Part shown: piece by piece, positions 9,244-18,659 of the stretch
Layout of the letters: each line of letters starts with the position of its first letter
How positions within the stretch are numbered: the stretch's first letter is position 1
Assembly: GCA_963674945.2 (NCBI GenBank)
Contig: CAXXWQ010000003.1
Span: forward strand, 2,556,931-2,620,930
Direction: 5' to 3'
Length of the DNA stretch: 64,000 bases
Source of the DNA: an uncultured Desulfosarcina sp.
GTDB lineage: Bacteria; Desulfobacterota; Desulfobacteria; Desulfobacterales; Desulfosarcinaceae
Notes under the pieces: model-generated
Database searches by the model: none
What the model saw: the letters and a program-made list of their open reading frames with translations, nothing else
Told to the model about the DNA's origin: nothing
Translations under genes and position numbers: made by a program

Positions 9244-10728
9244 ATGAATTTTAAGTATCTTTTTATTACATTAAAAATAACACTATATCTTTTTACTGTC
9301 TTCTTAATTTTATCTTTAACAAAAGATCCGATATTGTTAGCTGAGAATTATAAAGGATTAAAAGTTGTAAAAACTATAAATGGAAAAAATGTTATACTTT
9401 ATAAAGAAAGCCATGCATTGATTATTGGGATCAGTAATTATATAGCAGGATGGCCAAGGTTGGAAAGCGTAACATCTGAAATTCAAAAAGTTGATTTAAT
9501 GTTAAATAAAATTGGATTTAATACAACATTGATATCGAATCCTAATAGTGAACAACTCTACACTGCATTTAAATCTTTTATAAATAGATATGGACTGGAT
9601 AGTGAGAATAGATTGTTGATCTTTTATTCTGGTCATGGACATTCTAGAAATAATGGGAAAAAAGGTTATATTGTACCTATAGATGCCCCAGTCCCACAGG
9701 AGAATGAAAAAGAATTTGTTAGGAAAGCCATAAGTATGGATCAAATTATAACATGGTCAAAAAGAATAGAAGCCAAACATGCTTTATTTGTTTTTGATAG
9801 TTGTTTCTCAGGTACGATCTTCAAGACTAAATCGTTACCTGAGCATCCACCACACATCTCAGATAAAACATCAAGACCGGTTAGACAGTACATAACAGCT
9901 GGGAGTTCTGGAGAAGTGGTTCCTGCAAGAAGTGTTTTTACTCCTTCGTTCATTCGGGCATTATCTGGTGAGGGTGATATGGATAATGATGGATATGTTA
10001 CTGGGACAGAACTTGGCTTATATCTTCATAAAAAAGTAATGTCTTATTCTGTTGGTCAACATCCACAGTATGGTAAAATCAAAGATCCTGATTTAGATGA
10101 AGGCGATTTTGTTTTCATAATTAAAAGTCGTAAAGATGACATAAATATAGATACTCTGGTTGATAGCAAATTTGATGATCCCTTATATTCACAAAAAGAT
10201 ATTAATCTAAAATTAACTATCCTTCCAGATAATAATAATACTGTATTAAGAATTAATGGAAGAGAATACGATAATAGAGAAATCAAATTTTCCCATCAAA
10301 ATAAAATTAGTTTGTCAATAATCAATAAAGAGACGATTTGGGATCCTTACCAAAAAAAAGATGTTAACAAATGGAAAAATTTTGATAAACTTATCATGAT
10401 CGATCCGAATCATAACTACAATATTTATGTTAAGTTAGACGAATGGAAACCTGGTATTAAAAAAGTCATTGACTTTCCAGTCATAACTAAAACCCAATCT
10501 GTATATCTTCCAGCAAAAGACTTATTTTTTATTAAAAGAGGGGAAGGATATGTATCTAAAACCATAATTGATCGAGATGAAATGTCTCATATTCTAATTG
10601 ATAAGTATGGCTTGAGTCCGATTGAGGCTGATAAAATCGTAAATAAAGCAAAAAAATCATCGGATTACCTAACTGTCAAGATTGAACAACCTGGTAAATG
10701 GTTAATCGGACAGTTCTCTATAAATTAA
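9244..10728 (+). CDS. Exported caspase-family (peptidase C14) protein
   Basis: ALIIGISNY, FYSGHG (His), FDSCFSG (Cys), QHPQYG; N-terminal hydrophobic signal. Confidence 0.9.
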   Translation: MNFKYLFITLKITLYLFTVFLILSLTKDPILLAENYKGLKVVKTINGKNVILYKESHALIIGISNYIAGWPRLESVTSEIQKVDLMLNKIGFNTTLISNPNSEQLYTAFKSFINRYGLDSENRLLIFYSGHGHSRNNGKKGYIVPIDAPVPQENEKEFVRKAISMDQIITWSKRIEAKHALFVFDSCFSGTIFKTKSLPEHPPHISDKTSRPVRQYITAGSSGEVVPARSVFTPSFIRALSGEGDMDNDGYVTGTELGLYLHKKVMSYSVGQHPQYGKIKDPDLDEGDFVFIIKSRKDDINIDTLVDSKFDDPLYSQKDINLKLTILPDNNNTVLRINGREYDNREIKFSHQNKISLSIINKETIWDPYQKKDVNKWKNFDKLIMIDPNHNYNIYVKLDEWKPGIKKVIDFPVITKTQSVYLPAKDLFFIKRGEGYVSKTIIDRDEMSHILIDKYGLSPIEADKIVNKAKKSSDYLTVKIEQPGKWLIGQFSIN

Positions 10729-10979
10729 CCACAATTAACTCGCCAACAACTTAACAGATATCAGATCGAAAGAGAAAATATAACAAGTAGTTATAATAGT
10801 TATCAACCTGCTATATTAAGGTCAAAAATAAAATTCGAATTGACTTGATATTTACGAAAATTTCTTACTCTTAAAAAAATGTGACCGATTAAGTTCTGGC
10901 TGTTATTCCAGCTTCAAATCCGATTTTAAATGATAGAAACAATAATTATAATATTTTTAAATAAAAATTGGAGGTAAAT

Positions 10980-11756
10980 ATGAAAAAGCTAAAGGTTTGC
11001 GGAATTGGTTTGATTCTTTCATTCTTATCTTTGTTTAATATTTTAATACCTAACGTCCTTAGAGCAGAACTATTTGAGTCTAAAATACAAACAGAAAAAA
11101 GTATTAAAACGGTTTTGGAAACTCTTAAAACAAGTCTTGTTAAGGAAGAAATAATTAAATACGGATTGGATGAAAGTGAGGCACAGCGACTGATAAATGC
11201 TTTTACTGATATTGAATTCATTGATTCATTATCGAAAATTGAAAATATACTACTAAACAAAAGACTTGATAAGGCAAAAAAACATTCAATAAATATGCTA
11301 ATGAAGCAACTAAAACTTACTTTTGATAAGCATGCTGACGACGACTTAAAAATCAAACTTACAAATTTCCATGAGCAAGCTCATCTGTATCAAAATATTA
11401 TAACTTCAGAATTGAGTGACGGTAGATCATCTAATAAACTAAATATATACACTTTGCAAAGAGAAATAACACTTGATAAACTTGTCACTATGGGAACTAA
11501 TGAAGCAAACGCATTCAACATAGTTGATAAGCTAAGCAAAATTGATCTTGATAGGATTTTTGATAAGGATATTCACATAGAATATGCCGCTGGTTACAAA
11601 ATGGGCAAGGGGTTAGCTTGGGGATTAATAATTGCTGGATCTGCGTTAATTGCATCTGCCATGGGAAGCGAGGGTAGCTTTTGGGCCTTAACGGCAGGAG
11701 GTTTTGCATGCATTTTAGTTGCTTTTTGGGGTCTCGGAGTATTGGATAATATATAG
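10980..11756 (+). CDS. PA2779-like protein with duplicated helical domain and hydrophobic Gly-rich tail
   Basis: Signal peptide; two repeats resembling L...V...L...G....A...V..LS/TD; YAAG then two hydrophobic segments; GGAGGT RBS; upstream of a C39 peptidase. Confidence 0.6.
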   Translation: MKKLKVCGIGLILSFLSLFNILIPNVLRAELFESKIQTEKSIKTVLETLKTSLVKEEIIKYGLDESEAQRLINAFTDIEFIDSLSKIENILLNKRLDKAKKHSINMLMKQLKLTFDKHADDDLKIKLTNFHEQAHLYQNIITSELSDGRSSNKLNIYTLQREITLDKLVTMGTNEANAFNIVDKLSKIDLDRIFDKDIHIEYAAGYKMGKGLAWGLIIAGSALIASAMGSEGSFWALTAGGFACILVAFWGLGVLDNI

Positions 11757-11841
11757 GAGAGGGATCTAAGCTATAAATCATGGATTTTCTATTCGCATAT
11801 GTTTTCCCATATCTTTTCGATAATTAAATAGGCTTCTATCA

Positions 11842-12831
11842 ATGAACATGGTGAGATACCTTACATTTTGTTTGTCACTTAATATTCTTTTCATATTTAA
11901 CGGATGCACGTATTCATGCCCGAAAATTGATTTTTCTAAGCACACATCTGAAAAAATATCAGATTTTGGGGTTGTTTACGAGGAAGCGAATAAAATTAAT
12001 GATGCGGCCGTTTTATATAAAAAAGCAATTGAAAAAAATCCATGTAATTATGTTGCTTTAACTAATTTAGGCAATATTCTATACAAAAAAGGTATGATAG
12101 AAGATTCTGTTCTGAAATATGAGTCAGCGTTAAAACATAACCCTGATTATATCCCAGCGTTAAATAATTTGGGTAACTTACTAATGCTACAAAAGGATTA
12201 TGAAAATGCAGAGATTAAGCTAAAGTTAGCTTATAGTATTTCAAATGAGAAACGTGAACAAAAAGCGATTTCTAATAGTCTTGGTGTGTTATATATACAA
12301 CAAGGTAATGAAATAGAAGCTGAAAAATGGTTTAATATGTCAAATAATATTAAATTAGAATATATAATTGATGATGTTCCATTTTTCCAACAAATAGAAA
12401 ACGGATGTGGCCCATCTGCTCTAGCATCAATATACAATTTTTTAGGTATTAAACAATCTCCAGCACAAATTTCTGAGAGAATTTATAATAAAAATAAACG
12501 AGGAACTTTAAATTTAAGAATACTTATAGACGCTAGAGAACAAGGATTAGAGGCGTCAATTTACAGTGGTTCAATTGAAGATATTAAAGCATCAATTGAT
12601 TACGGAATTCCTATAATATTAATGATAAATTCAGGATATTCATGCTATCATTATATTATAGTGATAGGTTATAAGGGCATAGATATGTCTTCCTTAGTAG
12701 TTCACGATGGATATAATAGAAATAAAATATACAGCAAAGAATTCCTATTAAAATCGTGGGAATTGACGAATTATTGCACAATTTCTATACAAAAAGCATT
12801 TTCACAAACCTTTCGCCATAGTTCCAATTGA
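11842..12831 (+). CDS. TPR + C39-like cysteine peptidase lipoprotein (PA2778-like)
   Basis: FNGC lipobox, TPR repeats (ALTNLGNIL, ALNNLGNLL), DVPFFQQ...GCGPSALA, HYIIVIGY, VVHDG. Confidence 0.85.
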   Translation: MNMVRYLTFCLSLNILFIFNGCTYSCPKIDFSKHTSEKISDFGVVYEEANKINDAAVLYKKAIEKNPCNYVALTNLGNILYKKGMIEDSVLKYESALKHNPDYIPALNNLGNLLMLQKDYENAEIKLKLAYSISNEKREQKAISNSLGVLYIQQGNEIEAEKWFNMSNNIKLEYIIDDVPFFQQIENGCGPSALASIYNFLGIKQSPAQISERIYNKNKRGTLNLRILIDAREQGLEASIYSGSIEDIKASIDYGIPIILMINSGYSCYHYIIVIGYKGIDMSSLVVHDGYNRNKIYSKEFLLKSWELTNYCTISIQKAFSQTFRHSSN

Positions 12832-13138
12832 TGAGGATAAATGCCGTTTCGTCCACAGTATTCGGCTGTCTTATATTAGTTCCGGGACAAGCTTTCTACT
12901 ACGGCAGCAAACTTGTCTCGCTCATTCCAGATCTCTTGTTTGCTATCGCTGTCTGAAATCGAAATCCTATTTTTCACGATTCCTATCATCAATTATATAT
13001 GGCAGCAACACCGCTCTCTTTTCTCTGGTTAATATCGTATGTATAAACCTGCTGTCCCTTTTATAATTCTTCAAGCCTCTTACTTTATTGGAGATCATTA
13101 CTGAATTGAGAAACTTCATTCTTGAAGGTGAGAAAAAT

Positions 13139-15451
13139 ATGATGAAGAGAAGGAAACCTGATTCTTTAAGGTTTTTTACCGTGTATGTCATTTTTATTCT
13201 TTCTTCGGTATCAGTAATCTGCAGTGCAGATAGTAGAGACAATCAGAGTTTGCCCATTATAGAGACTGACGTTGGATTTAGAACCACCTCAAGGGATATG
13301 TCCGAAATGGACGAGGGGATGCCAAGAAATATATCCCGTTTTCCAGAAGATCATGAAATCTATATCCCCTTACCACTGCCTATTTCCCAAAATCAATCTT
13401 CCTTATTTCTTGATCACAGCAATGCAGGGAACAAAGCGATATCATATGACTTAATTGCCAAGGAGGAGACAGAACATAATGCGCTATCCACACCAATGCC
13501 CGACCAGGTATGCTCTTTGATTAAAGGATATGAGTTTGGAATAGATCCTAACCATATCTGGAACCAGGACGAAAACGATTTCATTGAAAATGATGAAATA
13601 GAACCCAAAACATTTTCAAGTCTCTCAAAGGTTGCCAATATAAAAGATTTTCCATGGAGGGCTAATGTAAAGCTGTATATGACTTTTAATAGTGGCCGAA
13701 AAGCCTCTTGTTCTGGTGTTATGATCGATTCGATGCACGTACTGACAGCAGGCCACTGCGTACACGAAATCCTTAGAGGAGGAACATGGGCCAGTTCCAT
13801 TGTTGTTGTACCTGCATACGATACCGGCGACCGCCCGTACGGAGATGCATCGGCAGTTGAATTGCATTCGTGGACTGGATGGACGCAAAGATCTGAATTT
13901 GATCATGATGTCGGAGTCATTGATCTTGACAGACCCGTAGGGGCACTTACTGGATGGTTTGGCTATGGGTATCATAATAATCCTGATTTTTATACTGGCA
14001 ATGTATTTAATAGCGCAGGTTATCCAGGAGAATATCCATATGACGGTAAGTCCATGTATTATTGGTCCGGTAATTTTGATTCAACTGAGTCAATCTCAGG
14101 TCTGTGGTATGGCAATGAGGTTCATTTTAATAATAGATCCTATGGCGGCCAGAGTGGAAGTGGAATGTATTCTTTCGATGGCAAGTCCAGTAGAATTGTG
14201 TATGCAGTTCTATCCAACGGTGTTGATCAACCAGGTGGCCCCACGGGTTGTCCCCGATTAACCTCTGATAAGTTCATGGATGTCAGAGATAATATCATTG
14301 GAGATGACATACCTTCAAGCGTTGATCTCATTCCCTTGAATGTGGCCGCTTTTCCATCGAGCATTGCTGCTGGAAGTTCACTGTCGTTGATGACCTATCA
14401 AGTCCACAACTACTCCTCAGCCACATGGACTGGCACGGTCGATGTTGATGTTTACCTGTCAACCGATAATAATATCTCTACATGTGACACCATTATTCAA
14501 AGCCATAGTTTTACTTCGAGTATTGGCCCGAAATCTTCGGTTATTCTCAACGTATCTACAAAGCCAATTATTCCCGAATCTACTCCGAGCGGAGAATATT
14601 TTTTGGGTGTGATTCTGAACCAACCGGACTGGGATGACACCAATAACGAATCGGATGGGCAGGATTCATTTCAACTTTCCGTTTTTGACAATACGCCTCC
14701 ACCTGCTCCAATTATTTCCAGCTCGACCCATCCCGATGAAAATACGTGGTATTATAGCAGCAATCCTTCGTTTACATGGACAACCCCGCCCGATACATCA
14801 GGAATTGCCGGGTATAGTTATTTAATAGACAATTCATCGAATACCACCCCAGACACAATTATGGATACCTCCGGAAACGCTGCATCGGGTTCTAACCTTG
14901 CCGCCGGAGAATGGTATCTGCATGTAAGGGCTCTGGATAATGCCGACAATTGGGGCGTTGCCGACCATTTCAGAGTTAGAATCAAAGCAAACAGTTCACC
15001 AGTTCTCGATCCCGTCGGAGATCAATCTGTCATTGAAGGCAATCTGCTACAATTCACTATTACCGCATCTGATCCTGATGGTGACAATCTAAGTTTGAAT
15101 GCAGGCAACATCCCAAACGATGCCGTGTTTACAGATATGGGTGATGGTACCGCCGGTTTTCGCTGGCAGACCGGCACAGGTGATGAAGGCACCTATAAAA
15201 ATATTGTTTTCACTGTAACAGATGATGGTGCCAAACCCTTAAGTGATTCAATAAATATCAACATTACAGTCGAAAGCACTAGTAGTAGCGGTGACGAGGG
15301 TGGAGGTAGTGGATGTTTTATAAACACAACAGACTCGGACATCATGGGAAAACCACAGGTTCATGGAAAATTTCATTTACATTCCAATGGTTTATTGGAT
15401 AACTTGTGGGATGTATACTCTGCAATTTTGGTCTGGGGGTCGGTCGGGTAA
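13139..15451 (+). CDS. Secreted trypsin-like (V8/glutamyl endopeptidase type) serine protease with Ig/CARDB/cadherin-like modules
   Basis: CSGVMI, LTAGHCV, HDVGVI, GGQSGSG catalytic motifs; ASDPDGD cadherin-like repeat; C-terminal GGGSGCFI. Confidence 0.88.
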   Translation: MMKRRKPDSLRFFTVYVIFILSSVSVICSADSRDNQSLPIIETDVGFRTTSRDMSEMDEGMPRNISRFPEDHEIYIPLPLPISQNQSSLFLDHSNAGNKAISYDLIAKEETEHNALSTPMPDQVCSLIKGYEFGIDPNHIWNQDENDFIENDEIEPKTFSSLSKVANIKDFPWRANVKLYMTFNSGRKASCSGVMIDSMHVLTAGHCVHEILRGGTWASSIVVVPAYDTGDRPYGDASAVELHSWTGWTQRSEFDHDVGVIDLDRPVGALTGWFGYGYHNNPDFYTGNVFNSAGYPGEYPYDGKSMYYWSGNFDSTESISGLWYGNEVHFNNRSYGGQSGSGMYSFDGKSSRIVYAVLSNGVDQPGGPTGCPRLTSDKFMDVRDNIIGDDIPSSVDLIPLNVAAFPSSIAAGSSLSLMTYQVHNYSSATWTGTVDVDVYLSTDNNISTCDTIIQSHSFTSSIGPKSSVILNVSTKPIIPESTPSGEYFLGVILNQPDWDDTNNESDGQDSFQLSVFDNTPPPAPIISSSTHPDENTWYYSSNPSFTWTTPPDTSGIAGYSYLIDNSSNTTPDTIMDTSGNAASGSNLAAGEWYLHVRALDNADNWGVADHFRVRIKANSSPVLDPVGDQSVIEGNLLQFTITASDPDGDNLSLNAGNIPNDAVFTDMGDGTAGFRWQTGTGDEGTYKNIVFTVTDDGAKPLSDSININITVESTSSSGDEGGGSGCFINTTDSDIMGKPQVHGKFHLHSNGLLDNLWDVYSAILVWGSVG

Positions 15452-15495
15452 AAAGCTGAAAAACCCGGGGATGAAATTAAGCGATTCCATAAAGG

Positions 15496-15735
15496 GTGGT
15501 CACAAAACCAGTTCATCCTGGGGAAATTTTACATAAGGAATTTCTTGAACCAATGGGTTCGAGCCAGAATAAACTGGCTTTAGCCCTCCATGTTCCTGCA
15601 CGGAGGATTAACCAAATCGTATTGGGCAAACGACGGGTTACCGCTGACACAGCACTACGTCTTGCGCGATATTTTGGCACGTCCGCACAGTTTTGGCTTG
15701 GTCTTCAAATGGACTATGAGATAGATGTTGCGGAG
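15496..15735 (+). pseudogene. higA: Orphan, 3'-truncated HigA-family antitoxin
   Basis: PVHPGEIL..EFLEP, RRINQIVLGKRRVTADTALRLARYFGTSAQFWLGLQMDYE; homology stops at about 15735 and no toxin gene lies upstream. Confidence 0.75.
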
Positions 15736-15981
15736 GTTGTTTCGTTTAACAATGCCATAAACCGTTACCACTCAAAATCCTGTACCCTGCCCTATCTTCT
15801 TTGTTGTAAAAAACGGATCAAAGATGTGCGACATGGTCTTTTTATCCATTCCGCAGCCATTGTCAGTTATGGTAAGCTGGACATATTCCCCTTGTGTCAT
15901 ATCGACATTTTTACGGCTATCCTTGTCAAGGATGAAAACCATATTTTCGTGTTGAAGGAATTTCAAATATTGGGGCCGCAA
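15736..15981 (-). pseudogene. Histidine kinase HATPase fragment
   Basis: [16 protein letters not shown]...[27 protein letters not shown] with an in-frame stop; no N-terminal part. Confidence 0.85.
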
Positions 15982-16099
15982 AGGATCGAATAGTTATTGA
16001 CGGGATTTGCGTTTATTGGTTAGGAAAGATCATGTTGATTCGTGATACAATTGTTACATTTTTACCCAAATTGAACGTTTCACGCAAAAAGGAAAAACA

Positions 16100-16537
16100 A
16101 TGAAAGCTGAAATATGGGCTTTTCTTACCGCAATTTGCTGGGGAACCGGATCGCTGCTTGAGAAAAAGGGAGTCAAACTTGGAGCGCTTGCCCCGGTCAT
16201 GGGCACCGCGATCAGAACAACGTTTTCTCTCCTGTTTTTGTTGGCCGTTTCTTTTCCTTTCTGGGGGCAGGTGAAAATGGCCGGTATCAGGTCAGTTTCA
16301 CTGATCGCTTTCGGCGGCGGCATACTTGCCGGTGGGCTGGGAATCGTTTTTCTGTACACTGGACTAAAAGCGGGCAATCTCTCAACGGTGATGACCATCG
16401 CATTTTGTCTGGCCCCGGTTATCGGCACAATCCTCGGATACTTGGTCCTTCATGAAAGGTTGACGCCTGTGCAGATTGTGGGAATCGCTCTCTGCGTGAC
16501 AGGGGCCGCCCTGGTTACATATTTTAAACAGACATGA
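16100..16537 (+). CDS. EamA/DMT family small transporter
   Basis: About five hydrophobic helices, AICWG, LHERLTPVQIVGI. Confidence 0.85.
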   Translation: MKAEIWAFLTAICWGTGSLLEKKGVKLGALAPVMGTAIRTTFSLLFLLAVSFPFWGQVKMAGIRSVSLIAFGGGILAGGLGIVFLYTGLKAGNLSTVMTIAFCLAPVIGTILGYLVLHERLTPVQIVGIALCVTGAALVTYFKQT

Positions 16538-16563
16538 AATTGGACGTTACCCAGAAACAACTT

Positions 16564-18252
16564 TCATTTTTTCAATACCACACGCATGGTCCGGGCCAAA
16601 TCTCTCATCACGAACGGTTTCATCAAGAGCGCTTTGCTTCCGATCTGTCTGGCTTTTTTTTCGGTAATGGTATTGCTGAATCCGGTGCAGAGGACAACGG
16701 GCAATTCCGGACGGATCGCTAACAGCTTCTGGGTTAGTTTGTCTCCGGACAGTCCCGGCATAGTGATATCAGTGATTACCAGGTCAAAATCCTGCGGCCG
16801 CTCCTCGAAGGTCTGTAATGCAGACAAACCTTCCCGGCAAACGGTTACATTGTATCCCAGTTCCTTGAGAAACTCTGTGACGATTTCAACAAGGGCCGGT
16901 TCATCATCCACAAGAAGAACATTCTCAGAACCTCTTTCCGGCAAGTCAACACAGGAGCCATCCAGGGCATCTTCAGATTCAATAACCGGAAAAAACACCT
17001 GAAACGTCGTTCCTTGGGATGGATTGCTTTGAACGGTAATCAAACCACCAATCTGTTTGATGATGCCGTGAACCACGGAAAGCCCCAAGCCGGTTCCCTC
17101 GCCCATTTGTTTCGTTGAAAAATAGGGTTCGAAAATACGCGGTAGTAACTCTTGTGGTATTCCCACCCCGTCATCGCGCACTTCCAGTTTCAGGTATGAA
17201 CCCGGTGTAACGTCGCAGTGAGAAACGCAAAAATCGTCATCGAGTTCCACATCGGTCATATTGATTGCAATGGCACCACCCTCATCTGTCGCATGCACGG
17301 CATTGGTGCAGAGGTTCATCAGTACTTGAAGTATTTGGGTGGGGCTGGCCATCACCAGGGCGTCACTCTCCAGATTGGTGTAAATATTGATTTGCTTTGG
17401 CAGAGACGGCTGCATCAACGTAAGCGCTTCTTCTACAATGGCTTTGATTTGGATGGGTTTACCGGTGATATCTTTTTGTCGACTGAAGGTCAAAATCTGA
17501 TTGACCAACTCTTTCGCGCGATCGCATGCCTTGAGTACCTCTTGAAGGTGCTTCTCGCTGGCTCCGCCATTTCGGCTGTGAATCAGTGCGATTTCCGTAT
17601 AACCCGTGATTGCCATCAAAAAATTATTGAAGTCATGGGCAATTCCGCTGGCCAGATTGCCGATGGCCTCCATTTTCTGGGATTGAAGGAGCTGTTTTTC
17701 AAGGCTGGACAATTTGTTCTCTGTGGCTCTATGCTCCTTGATCTCATTTTCAAGGGCCTTGTTGGTGTTCTCCAATTGGAGCAGTTTTTCTTCCAGTTTA
17801 TGGATAAGTGTTTCGTTATATCTCCTAAGATAGACATCTTCCGACGGGACAGCCATATCGGCGGGGGATGATGTTTCAGATTGAGAATGGTCCAACAATT
17901 CTCGAACGGCATCTGTTAAAACGTCCGGCGGTACCGGTTTGACGATGAAGCGTTCGGCGCCCAGACTCAAGCCGAACGCTTCATCGTCCGCATCCGTGTA
18001 TGTGGCGGTGTAAAAAATGAAGGGAATCGATTTGAGGCGGTTATTCAGCTTCCATTGACGACATAATGCATAGCCGTCCATGACAGGCATGAGGATGTCT
18101 GCAATGATCAGGTCCGGTGGCTCATTTAAGGCCGCCTCCAGCGCTTCGGCGCCGTTGGTGGCAGTCTCCACCTGGTATCCATTGCCGGTGAGAAGCACTT
18201 TTGCCATATAGCGGTTCTGGTCGTTATCATCCACAACAAGAATTTTGGTCAT
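16564..18252 (-). CDS. Hybrid sensor kinase (REC-HisKA-HATPase-REC)
   Basis: ILVVDD/DILMP, QKMEAIGNLASGIAHDFNN, NLCTNA, GTGLGLS, C-terminal REC. Confidence 0.95.
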   Translation of the reverse strand: MTKILVVDDNDQNRYMAKVLLTGNGYQVETATNGAEALEAALNEPPDLIIADILMPVMDGYALCRQWKLNNRLKSIPFIFYTATYTDADDEAFGLSLGAERFIVKPVPPDVLTDAVRELLDHSQSETSSPADMAVPSEDVYLRRYNETLIHKLEEKLLQLENTNKALENEIKEHRATENKLSSLEKQLLQSQKMEAIGNLASGIAHDFNNFLMAITGYTEIALIHSRNGGASEKHLQEVLKACDRAKELVNQILTFSRQKDITGKPIQIKAIVEEALTLMQPSLPKQINIYTNLESDALVMASPTQILQVLMNLCTNAVHATDEGGAIAINMTDVELDDDFCVSHCDVTPGSYLKLEVRDDGVGIPQELLPRIFEPYFSTKQMGEGTGLGLSVVHGIIKQIGGLITVQSNPSQGTTFQVFFPVIESEDALDGSCVDLPERGSENVLLVDDEPALVEIVTEFLKELGYNVTVCREGLSALQTFEERPQDFDLVITDITMPGLSGDKLTQKLLAIRPELPVVLCTGFSNTITEKKARQIGSKALLMKPFVMRDLARTMRVVLKK

Positions 18253-18287
18253 GCGCTACCCCCTGATTTTAATTGCATTGCCGACCT

Positions 18288-18659
18288 TCACTCACATTTT
18301 GCATATTGACAGATCTCATCTATGAAGGTCGCAGGATTGATCGGTTTTTCGATATACCCGGTGCAACCGGCAATCAATGCTTTCTCACGATCTCCCACCA
18401 TGGCGTAGGAGGTTACGGCGATGATGGGAATGCTCTTGACTTCGTCGATTGTTCGTAACTTGCGTGCCACCTCATAGCCGTTCATTACGGGCAACTGAAT
18501 ATCCAGCAAAATAAGCTCGGGAAGCTGTCGGCAGGCCATGTCGATGCCGTCTGGACCATTGCGCGCTTCGAGCACGGCAAAACCGGCCTTCTTTAATATA
18601 AAAGTGATCAGGTAAAGATTCTGATCGTTATCTTCTATGACAAGAACTGTTGTTTTCAT
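18288..18659 (-). CDS. Single-domain response regulator (DivK-like)
   Basis: VLVIEDN, LLDIQLP, AVTSYAMVGDREKAL.AGC..YIEKP. Confidence 0.93.
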   Translation of the reverse strand: MKTTVLVIEDNDQNLYLITFILKKAGFAVLEARNGPDGIDMACRQLPELILLDIQLPVMNGYEVARKLRTIDEVKSIPIIAVTSYAMVGDREKALIAGCTGYIEKPINPATFIDEICQYAKCE

